Origin: Octopus sinensis | Taxonomy: Eukaryota | Reading direction: 5' to 3' | DNA length: 40,325 bases | Assembly (NCBI RefSeq): GCF_006345805.1 | Contig: NW_021835792.1 | Location: 1 to 40,325, forward strand | Part shown: one piece after another, positions 12,995 to 22,872 of the stretch | How positions within the stretch are numbered: position 1 is the first letter of the stretch | Layout: the number at the start of each line of letters is the position of its first letter | Made by a program: the position numbers and the translations under genes | The notes under the pieces: generated by a model | What the model was told of the DNA's origin: nothing | The model's database searches: none | The model's input: the letters and a program-made list of their open reading frames with translations, nothing else

Positions 12995-13430
12995 TATGTA
13001 TGTCTTTATTTAGTTTTATTTCAATATTTCTTGTCAATAAAGGGCTGGTTTCTAACCTAGATCCAAGGCTCCTCCAGAGGAATTTCAACATCAACAACAG
13101 GGTATGTATGCATGTATGTATGTGTGTGTGTATGTATGTATGTATTTATGTATGTATGTATGTGTTATGCATATATGTATGTATGTCATTGTTCAGTTTT
13201 ATTTCAAGATTTCTTGTCAATGGAGAAAGAGCCGGTTTCTAATCTAGATTCAAGGCTCCTTCATTAGAATTCCAACATCAATAACTTGGTATATATGCAT
13301 GTATGTATATATTTATGTATGTATGTCATTATTCAGTATTATTGCAAGATTTCTTCTCAATGGAGAAATAGCCGGTTTCGAACCCAGATACAAGGCTCGA
13401 TCGCTGGAATTTCAACATCATCAACAATGT
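12995..13430 (+). repeat. Three diverged copies of an element of about 105 bp separated by (TATG)n
   Basis: gtcatt.ttcagt.ttatt.caagatttctt.tcaat.gagaaa.agccggtttc.aa.c.agat.caaggctc...gaatt.caacatca at about 13000, 13185 and 13325; repeated again at 14598-15025. Confidence 0.75.
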
Positions 13431-13909
13431 ATTTTTGCATGGATTTGTGTATATGCATGTATATGCAGATTTCTATGTTTTGTTTTATATATGCATTCTC
13501 AAGCATACAATTGCTGCATGTCTAGACATGCAGTATATATGCTGCATGTATATATACTTAAATGATAAACTTCTAGAAAGCTTAACAAAATTTACAGATC
13601 CAGTGATTGCTTCGATCTGTTGTCTTCGAATCAGCTTTCGCTTTTATGGTTTGAGAAGCCATATTTCCCAAGCCTGGTTGTTAGGCAGTATGTTACATAG
13701 CTCAGTGGCCCTGTGAACTTGTAATCTGGATAGAGTAACTGCAAATTTCTCAATAGTTCAGCGTAGGTATTCTCTTTTTAACAAATCTTTAGCCTAATGT
13801 TAACATCGTATATATGTATGTATTTATATGTCATGAGTTGTATATTCTTTCTGAGCCTAGAACACATTTTATCATCCCTTTCACCGAACCGCTATGTTAT
13901 GTGGATGAT

Positions 13910-14185
13910 GACTCGCGGTCGTAGGATCGCGGTTTCGATTCCCAGATTGGGCGTTGCAAGTGTTTATTGAGCGAAAACACCTAAAGCTCCACGAGGCTCC
14001 GGCAGGGGGTGGTGGTGATCCCTGCTGTACTCTTTCGCCACAAATTTCTCTCACTCTTTCTTCTGTTGGCCTGCTCGCTTAACCAGCGGGATGGCGTCAT
14101 TTGAAGTCTAAAACAATGCGAAGCGCATTGTGACCAGCGACGTGTTGCAACATCTGATAGACTGGTCGGTAACGATGATCGCGAT
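13910..14185 (+). mobile_element. SINE with family B head and a different body (second copy at about 15495-15770)
   Basis: gactcgcggtcgtaggatcgcggtttcgattcccaga..., then ggcctgctcgcttaaccagcggg..caacatctgatag..gatcgcgatgat and a (TA)n tail. Confidence 0.75.
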
Positions 14186-14204
14186 GATATATATATATAT
14201 ATAT

Positions 14205-14412
14205 CCCCTTGATCACCTTCACGACCAGTCCGTGAGGCGTCCCTTTGACCCGCTGGTCCCCTTTCTCATCCACGTGATCCCAATCGTCCTCCTGAAATCG
14301 TAACTCCACCGTCATGGGGCCTTCCGGGTAGTCGTTTCCGTTCGCGCGGGTACCACTCGACAACTGCGCGAGTCAACCGATATAGGTGAGCCGGGCGACG
14401 TGTACCAGCCTG

Positions 14413-14416
<4 letters not shown>
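14205..14416 (-). mobile_element. RTE-1-like LINE 3' fragment (copy in duplication unit 1)
   Basis: RAVVEWYPRERKRLPGRP..RWSYDFRRTIGITWMRK, read across small indels. Confidence 0.75.
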
Positions 14417-14460
<44 letters not shown>

Positions 14461-15786
14461 CAAATACATGCAATTTATCTATGTATGCTTTTTTGTATGT
14501 ATGTGTGTAGTATGTATGTATATATGTAGTGTGTATGTACGCATGTATGTAATATGTATGTATTTATGTATGTATGTACGTAGTATGTTATTATGTATGT
14601 CTTTATTTAGTTTTATTTCAATATTTCTGTCAATAAAGGGCTGGTTCTAACCTAGATCCAAGGCTCCTCCGAGGAATTCAACATCACCAACAGGGTATGT
14701 ATGCATGTATGTATGTGTGTGTGTGTATGTATGTATGTATTTATGTATTATGTATGTGTTATGCATATATGTATGTATGTCATTGTTCAGTTTTATTTCA
14801 AGATTCTTGTCAATGGAGAAAGAGCCGTTTCTAATCTAGATTCAAGGCTCCTTCATTAGAATTCCAACATCAATACTTGGTATATATGCATGTATGTATA
14901 TATTTATGTTATGTATGTCATTATTCAGTATTATTGCAAGATTTCTTCTCAATGGAGAAATAGCCGTTTCGAACCGAACCCAGATACAAGGTCGATCGCT
15001 GGAATTTCAACATCATCAACAATGTATTTTTGCATGGATTTGTTGTATATGCATGTATATGCAGATTTCTATGTTTTGTTTATATATGCATTCTCAGCAT
15101 ACAATTGCTGCATGTCTAGACATGCAGTATATATTCTGCATGTATATATACTTAATGATAAACTTCTAGAAAGCTTAACAAAATTTACAATCCGTGATTG
15201 CTTCGATCTGTTGTCTTCGAATCAGCTTTCGCTTTTTGGTTTGAGAAGCCATATTTCCAGCCTGTTGTTAGGCAGTATGTTACATAGCTCAGTGGCCCTG
15301 TGAACTTGTAATCTGGTAGAGTACCTGCAATTTCTCATAGTTCAGCGTAGGTATTCTCTTTTAACAAATCTTTAGCCTAATGTTAACATCGTATATATGT
15401 ATGTATTTATATGTCATGAGTTGTATATTCTTTCTGAGCCTAGAACACATTTTATCATCCCTTTCACACGAACCGCTATGTTATGTGGATGATGACTCGC
15501 GGTCGTAGGATCGCGGTTTCGATTCCCAGATTGGGCGTTGCAGCATGTTTATTAGCGAAAACACCTAAGCTCCACGAGGCTCCGCAGGGGGTGGTGGTGA
15601 TCCCTGCTGTACTCTTTCGCCACAAATTTCTCTCACTCTTTCTTCTGTTGGCCTGCTCGCTTAACCAGCGGGATGGCGTCATTTGAAGTCTAAAACAATG
15701 CGAAGCGCATTGTGACCAGCGACGTGTTGCAACATCTGATAGACTGGTCGGTAACGATGATCGCGATGATATATATATATATATAT

Positions 15787-15999
15787 CCCCTTGATCACCT
15801 TCACCGACCAGTCCGTGAGGCGTCCCTTTGACACCGCTGGTCCCCTTTCTCATCCACGTGATCCCAATCGTCCTCCTGAAATCGTAACTCCACCGTCATG
15901 GGGGCCTTCCGGGTAGTCGTTTCCGTTCGCGCGGGTACCACTCGACAACTGCGCGAGTCCACCGATTATCGGTGAGCCGGGCGACGTGTCCAGCCTGTC

Positions 16000-16000
<1 letters not shown>
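15787..16000 (-). mobile_element. RTE-1-like LINE 3' fragment (copy in duplication unit 2)
   Basis: RLTDNRWTRAVVEWYPRERKRLPGRPP*RWSYDFRRTIGITWMRK in one frame. Confidence 0.8.
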
Positions 16001-16031
<31 letters not shown>

Positions 16032-16033
16032 TT

Positions 16034-16139
16034 TTATATAGAAGGAGCTTCTACAGGCTAGTACTGTTTCATTCAAGAGAAATCTTCCTGAAGATTTCTC
16101 TTGAAACAGTACTATCCTGTAGAAGCTCCTTCTATATAA
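16034..16139. repeat. 106-bp near-perfect palindrome containing a hammerhead core (candidate mini PLE-end fold-back insertion)
   Basis: Stem of about 49 bp with a 4-nt loop (cctg), one mismatch and one 4-nt bulge. The plus strand reads CTTC-CTGAAGA-tttctctt-GAA-ACAG-tactatc-CTGT-A-GAAG. TATATA forms both outer ends. Confidence 0.8.
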
Positions 16140-16206
16140 TAATTAATTTTACTTCTGCTATGTATTGGTACTACTACTGTGGTTAACCCCGGATCAAACC
16201 CGGACC

Positions 16207-16237
<31 letters not shown>

Positions 16238-16666
16238 CTGTCTGTCTATCAATCTATCTATCAATCTGTTTTCTATCTCTTTATTTCTCTCTCTTTCTTT
16301 CTCTCTCTCTCTCTCTCCCTCTCTTTGAGTCAGAGTCTCACGCATATTATTATGCAGTCAGCTTCTTTAATAGTGGTTACTCTCGCTCTGTACTACTATT
16401 AGTATTATTAGTTATGATATGTAGTGGACAATTTAGATAAAAAAATTACACATGCTTATCTTAATTTTCCCAGGTATACACACACAAACACACACACATA
16501 CTCACACAAATAGACACACACAGATATATATGTGTGTGAGAGAGAGTGATAGACAGACAGAGATGCAAACAGACAGAGAAAGATAGCTTGATGCAGGGTT
16601 GCAATAGGGGTATTCGGCTAACGATCGTAAGGCTGAGTTCACTTCCCGGCGACTCGTTTTATTTTC

Positions 16667-16743
<77 letters not shown>

Positions 16744-16769
16744 GTGGGATGTGAGTGTCTTTGAGTGCG

Positions 16770-16957
16770 TGTTCGTGTCCAACACAGCTTGACAACTGGT
16801 GTTGGTGTTTATAACTCTCCATAACTTAACAGATCGACAAAGAAGAATAATAGAATAAGTTCCTGAGCTGGAAAGAATAATAAGTACTGGGGTTGATTAA
16901 TTTGATTGAAAATTTTTGCAAGGTACCCCAGCATGGTCGTGGTACACTGACTGAAAC
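16770..16957 (+). mobile_element. Family D short interspersed repeat (other copies at about 19875-20050, 20226-20330 and 36575-36790, all minus strand)
   Basis: Shared cttgacaac.g.tgttggtgt(g)ttta(c/t)..c.cc.taactta.c.g..cg.caaa...aatagaataagtac..gg core. Confidence 0.65.
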
Positions 16958-17192
16958 AAGGCGGCGAGCTGGCAGAGACGTTAGCACGCCGGGCGAAATG
17001 CATAGCGGTATTTCGTCTGTCTTTACGTTCTGAATTGAAATTCCGCCGAAGTCGACTTTACCTTTCATCCTTTCGGGATTGATTAAATAAGTACCAGTTA
17101 CGCACTGGGGTCGATGTAATCGACTTAATTCGTTTGTCTGTCCTTGTTTGTCCCCTCTGTGTTTAGCCCCTTGTGGGTAGTAAAGGAATAAG
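16958..17192 (+). mobile_element. Family C SINE
   Basis: ggcggcgagctggcagagacgttagcacgccgggcgaaatg..aaattccgccgaagtcgactttacctttcatcctttcggg. Confidence 0.8.
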
Positions 17193-17371
17193 TGCACTGA
17201 CTGAAATGTGTAAAAGAGTAAAACAATATACATATATATATATATATATATATACGTAAAATATATAAGGTGGCGAATATTTTTAGAAATATCACCACCA
17301 GTGGCCTAGCATGTATAAAAAGTCAATAGACAACATATGCTCAATGTAAATTAGTGTACATTTGAACACAA

Positions 17372-17674
17372 GAGAAAACTACCTTTAGCAGTTAATTTTT
17401 ACATGCTAGAAGAAGCAGTCAAATTGACCAAAACGACATTTAAGAGCAATTTTCGAAGGGAATGAAAAATAAAAACTTTTACCTTGTTATTTTTATTTTT
17501 TTACTTTGTTATACTTCTTATTCTTTTATTTTTTATTTTTCAACCGTAAAAAAAATAACAAGGTAAAAGATTTTTATTTTTCATTTCCTTCCAAAATTGA
17601 TCTTAAATGTGGTTTTGATCGTTTTGGCTGCTTCTTCAAGCGTGTAAAACTTACGTATTAAAGGTAGTTTTCTT
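17372..17674. repeat. Imperfect palindromic (MITE-like) element; arms of about 122 bp (17372-17494 and 17548-17674)
   Basis: agaaaactaccttta...cttttaccttgttattttt is inverted around an AT-rich spacer; identity is roughly 85% by manual alignment. Confidence 0.8.
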
Positions 17675-18115
17675 GGTGTTGCAGGCAGAATGGTTGATGT
17701 CTTTCTCAACCCCATTCTACATAGGATTCTAACCGAGTGTATTTGGAGGCCAACAATTGGGGCTGGTGAAATCGCAAAAATTCTTCGACAATCACTTCTG
17801 ACTCCTTCCTGAAATATGGCAAGCAAACGAAACCTGCTTCCACACCTACCTCCAGGAACTGACTACAGCCTCCATATTACTGATTTTACAGTGTTCACAG
17901 AGTATGGAGCAGCAACCATGAGGTCAGCATTTTGCTAACCGGCCCCAATCATTATAATACACTTAATACATTTCTAATATTGAAATAGCTTCCAATCTTC
18001 CGTGTCAGCTAACATTTATGCTCTCCAACGCTGTTGAGTGTTCAGCAACACATCAAGCTGTTTGTGAAAAACCAAAGGAGACATTAAGATTTAGTCCGAA
18101 TGCCCTGTAATTACA
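17675..18115 (-). pseudogene. Decayed Tc1/mariner (DD37D/maT-like) transposase C-terminal remnant
   Basis: Stop-riddled translation MEAVVS..VWKQVSFACHISGRSQK*LSKNFCDFTSPNCWPPNTLG*NPM..GVEKDINHSACNTK resembles VWQQDSAPCH..SQKWL..WPPNSPDxNP of DD37D transposases. Confidence 0.7.
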
Positions 18116-18261
18116 ATCTTGTGATTGTTTTGCAAACCCCTGAGGTAAATATAAACAGTACTATTGTTATCATCGTTACTAAAGTTGATTTCATCATTTT
18201 AATCAATATATATATATATGTATATATATATGTATATATATGTATATATATATATATATAT

Positions 18262-18368
<107 letters not shown>

Positions 18369-18526
18369 TATATATTTATATATATATATCCTTGTTGCTT
18401 TTTCATTCACATACGATTTTAGTCCCCATGGCTAGCGAAATTACAAAGTACGAATGAATATAACCTGATAGCCATAATAAAGACTTACTATTGTTATCAT
18501 TCTTGTTGTTGTTAATATTATTATTA

Positions 18527-18569
<43 letters not shown>

Positions 18570-19089
18570 TACTATTACTATTACTATAACTATTATTATT
18601 ATTATATTATTATTATTATTACTATTACTATTACTATTACTATTACTATTACTATTACTATTACTATTACTATAACTATTATTATTATTATTATCATTAT
18701 CGTTATTGCTTTATTCAGAAGCCGTTACAACTCACTCCTATATTTCTTTGTATAGCTTACACAAAAGACATTTGAAGTAGCTGAAACCTCCAGGCAAAGC
18801 GGGGTCTCCTGCAACATATATACGCAAACGTGTATATTTAACCGTTTAATTTTTACTTATTGGTTTCCCCGCGCGTATCTCTTAATTCCGTGTACCTTCG
18901 CATATCTTCAAGAACAACGAACCGAAACGAACAGTTTAACTTTCTACTAGGAAGATTTAACAAGAAATGACACTTCAAGTGAAACTTCCCTCTTTGCGAA
19001 TCCAACAGCATATTAAAGGCCTTACAGAGCGTTCATTACACACGAATGTGCATACAAACATACATGCATACATACGTACGTAGGTACGT

Positions 19090-19297
19090 CGGTACATGAT
19101 GACTGCCCCTTTGTTATCGAGTATGGCCATTGCACGAAGCTTAACTGTTATTGGTGCTGTGATCGAATGTGACTTTTTAGCCCAGCTAAAGATCTACAAT
19201 GTCTTGTACAGAATTGGCAGCTAAAACTTTTACCGGTAATAGCCGGCTGTAGTTGTAACTGGGCTTCATGTACCTTTGCATGTCGTTTAAGTCCTCC
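19090..19297 (-). mobile_element. RTE-clade LINE extreme 3' fragment
   Basis: AGGLKRHAKVH..FSCQFCTRHCRSLAGLKSHIRSQHQ stop (terminal Zn finger). The 3' UTR ...caatggccatactcgataacaaaggggcagtcatc is followed by an ATGT-type tail. Confidence 0.75.
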
Positions 19298-19363
19298 TGC
19301 ATACATACATACATACATACATACATACATACATACATACATACATACATACATACATACATA

Positions 19364-19666
19364 CTATATCCAGAATACAAATTTACATTTATCCCAATAA
19401 GAATTGGACCACTTGGTTTTGTAAGTAAATGCTTAACTTTCGGATTGGATAAGCTTGGAGTTTCAGAAAAAGGAGTCAACCAACTGACTCGCACTTTACA
19501 AATATAACCTGTAAGCGGAACAGTCAAACTTTGCAAGAGTTTCCTAAGGTTTAAAATGTGACATTATTTTCGTTATCTACATTCCAAAGATGGCGATTTG
19601 TATCTTTGTTAGAAACTAGCTCCTTCTTCGGAGGAAGAATTTTCAATGATAAAATTGCAGAAGAGA
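19364..19666 (+). mobile_element. 3' end of an RLE-type non-LTR retrotransposon in a (CATA)n array
   Basis: LYPEYKFTFIPIRIGPLGFVSKCL..LGVSEKGVNQLTRTLQI*PVSGTVKLCKSFLRFKM stop, which is an RLE-LINE C-terminus. It has a 3' UTR and (CATA)n on both sides. Confidence 0.7.
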
Positions 19667-19684
19667 CATACATACATACATACA

Positions 19685-19716
<32 letters not shown>

Positions 19717-19767
19717 CAGAGACATACACACGAACACGCACGAAGACTTACAGTCAGACAGACAGAC

Positions 19768-19875
19768 GATTTTGATTATCCTGAGATGGACGGATCAAAA
19801 GAACAGTATTGGAGCTTAAAAATTGAAACATGCAGCAAGTTTCTACACAATAGGCCAGATATTGCTGTGGACAGC
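19768..19875 (+). mobile_element. Short RLE endonuclease-domain fragment
   Basis: YPEMDGSKEQYWSLKIETCSKFLHNRPDIAV contains the HNRPD motif at the start of the PD-(D/E)xK RLE domain. Confidence 0.55.
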
Positions 19876-20131
19876 TCTTAATTGCTTCAGTCATTGGGAT
19901 GGGGTCATAAAGAGCTTTAGTCGAACGAATCGGCCCGATACTTATTTTTTGAAGCCTAGTATTTATTCCGATGGGTTGTTTTGTTTAACCACTAAGTTAC
20001 GGGAACGTAAACATAGAAACAGTGTCTGATGGGGGACACAGACAGACACACATACATAAAAATATATATACAAATACTCAAACACATACACACAAATATA
20101 GATAGATACATAAATAAACAGTCAGACAAAC

Positions 20132-20201
<70 letters not shown>

Positions 20202-20873
20202 AGATAGATAGATAGATAGACGGATGCATAAGGGAACTTATACTTTGTAAGTCTAGTACGGGGACGTAAACACACCAACATCGGTTGCCAAGCGATGGAA
20301 GGGGGACAAATACAGACACACAAAAACATACACACACACATTTACGAATTTAATTAGTTTCCGAAGTTCGTTCTTCACGGGAAATGTTCGTAAACTGATA
20401 TTATTTTTCCATTAAAAATTCAAGAGAAGACACAGCGAATTTGAACATGGACGTGTACTGAGCGAAAGTTAGACACCAAGAGATGCTATGTCTCTCTGAC
20501 ACTTGCACCTTGTAACCAACCGTTGTTTCTGTCTTGCGTGTTCGTTATTCGAAACTCAGTTCGTCATCCAAGGCGATTTATGTTCGAAAAATTCCCCGTC
20601 AACTGATTTGTTTGTGATGAGAGAAGTATCTCTTTAACCGAAGTACCACCGTACATTTAAAAATGTTTCCTGATTACATTCTACCATATTACATTCTAGT
20701 GATAGAATTAAAAATTTAAAGAAAAAAAATTTGTGAATCTGCAGTAAATTGTGATCTGTAAATTTTTACAGGCACGCAAACACGCACGCACACACGCATG
20801 CACTCACCCGCATATATATATATATATATGTATATATATACACACATACTCACAAACGTAAATACATTCGCGA

Positions 20874-20909
<36 letters not shown>

Positions 20910-21373
20910 GCACTTACCACATCGGTTTCGACGTATCGGGGTCCGACAGCCTACACTTTCTTCGTCAGTCATAATTTTAGAGAGTCCCACCAACGACAAA
21001 TGTAGCAATTATGAGGATTACGGCTCAGGTGCAGACAGTATATTTGCACCCGCTTTTCTTCTTTACTTTACACCTCTTTAGCCTGTTAATGCGCATCGAA
21101 ACAAACTCTGTGATACCAATTTGACGCGGAAAATGAATAGGAACAACACAGACAAACAGAGGTGTATCAAATACCATACAACATACAATCTTGATACAAC
21201 AAAATTATCTCGGCTTGCAAGGGATATATTGCAGGTACCAAACAGAAGTTCGACTTTAGTAGCGTAGATAATCTCAGGAATAGCGTAGATAATCTCAAAA
21301 ATTATACAAAGTTAACATGCATTTTATTAAGAATAAAGGAACCAACTTAAGGTCTAGTGATAAGAGAACGGAA

Positions 21374-21414
21374 TCGGAGACATGTTTCAACCTTGCTAGG
21401 TGTCATCAGCCCGA
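21374..21414 (-). ncRNA. Second, sequence-unrelated minimal hammerhead ribozyme
   Basis: The minus strand reads TCGGG-CTGATGA-cACCTagcaAGGTt-GAA-ACATGT-C-TCCGA. It has a 5-bp stem I (one G-U), a 4-bp stem II, a palindromic stem III and a GUC triplet. Confidence 0.75.
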
Positions 21415-21812
21415 ACATTTTTCTATCTCCAGCAGTCAAGGGACGTCGGTGACTGCTTTTATCTCTAGACAATTTACCTCTCTTTTTGTTTAATGGCGTG
21501 TCTGCTTTAGGAACTCCTTCATTCTCGAGATTATCTCCTCTTTTTATATGAAGTTCATTTGCTGGCTGGTAATTGTGTCACATCTTCTGGTGCAGAGATA
21601 ATTTTAATAATTTTTTAATTTCTTTTATATGATTTGATATACCCGTATTTATATTTCCCTCACGTCCTATATACATATACATACATACATACATATATAT
21701 ATATACATATATATTTATACACACATGCCATATATATATATATATATATAATATATATATATTATATATATATATATATATATACTTTATTTTAAGCAGC
21801 AGAAAATTCAAC

Positions 21813-21859
21813 AAAATCTGTTACTCTGAGTTTCTCGTTGCCGTTCATCAGACAGTTTT
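21813..21859 (-). ncRNA. Minimal type I hammerhead ribozyme (PLE pLTR), left arm
   Basis: Exact reverse complement of 25581-25627. Confidence 0.8.
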
Positions 21860-22872
21860 TGCTAGAATGGAACATATATATTAATTCAATCTATACTCTT
21901 ACAAACGCTACACCTTTAAAAAGAAATGGACTTGTTTGATTGGCCCTTTAGAAAAACGGTCAATCTTCGAGCGATAAACAAAAAGGTCAAAAATATATGT
22001 ATATATATATAAAAAAACTTATAAAAATTATAAAAATTATAAAATCCGAGGAAAAAACCGAGGAAAAAACCTATTGCCGTTAATGAAGACAGTACAAATT
22101 AATGCATAGAAATTAAACCTGTTATAAATACTGCAATACATATTTATATTAAAATCCACATATATATATCAACATACACAAAAGGATGCGCGTAAACGCC
22201 ATACATACATATACAGACGTATGAATATGAATCTAAATTATACACATAAAAGCATGTGTACATATATTCACGCAAACCGTCTCGCACGCAAGCTAAAATT
22301 CATCTATGTAGCAATTCTCATATACTGAGCAAGGAGGGGGAACGAAAGAAAGGGAAAGAGAGAAAAAGGAACGAAAGAGGGGAGGGGGGAAACTTGTAGC
22401 GATGTTATTGGCATCTATAGAGGCCAGTATACATACACAAGTTTGAATTGATACATATACATACCGTCGTGTGTATGCGTGCTTAAGCACAAGCATACTT
22501 TCACTTACACATACACAGATGCGCATGCTTACAAATACATATGCTTTGCTATACACAAACTTATATAAACATTCTAAATTTGACAACATTGCTTTTTTTT
22601 AAAAAACATTGCTTTTAAAAAAAATGGGTGCATTAATAAAAATATATACGAAAGACATATAAAATAAAATATAACATCCTATTTTGGGTCATTTATAAAT
22701 AATCAAGGTAATATAAATAATCAAGGTAATCCTATGCAATACAATAACATGAAAACAAAGTTTGTAGGTTTTTCCTAATATATATGTAGAAACAATAAGA
22801 CTTTGCTATAGATCCGTCGTAGCGCTTAAGAGTCAAAATCAAAATCAAAAATCAAAATACAAAATATATACT

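Larger units (their letters stand above)
12862..16000 (+). repeat. Direct tandem duplication with a unit of about 1.6 kb (12862-14415 and 14460-16000), bounded by (TA)n; possibly an assembly artefact
   Basis: The whole unit (TATG-flanked trimer, unique block, SINE, RTE fragment) is repeated. The differences are dominated by 1-nt indels. Confidence 0.9.

Noticed and set aside
20911-20972. Hammerhead-like CTGACGA...GAAACC-gatgt-GGTA on the minus strand
   Set aside because: Stem I cannot form (A opposite A, no flanking complementarity) and stem II is irregular; at most a decayed relic.
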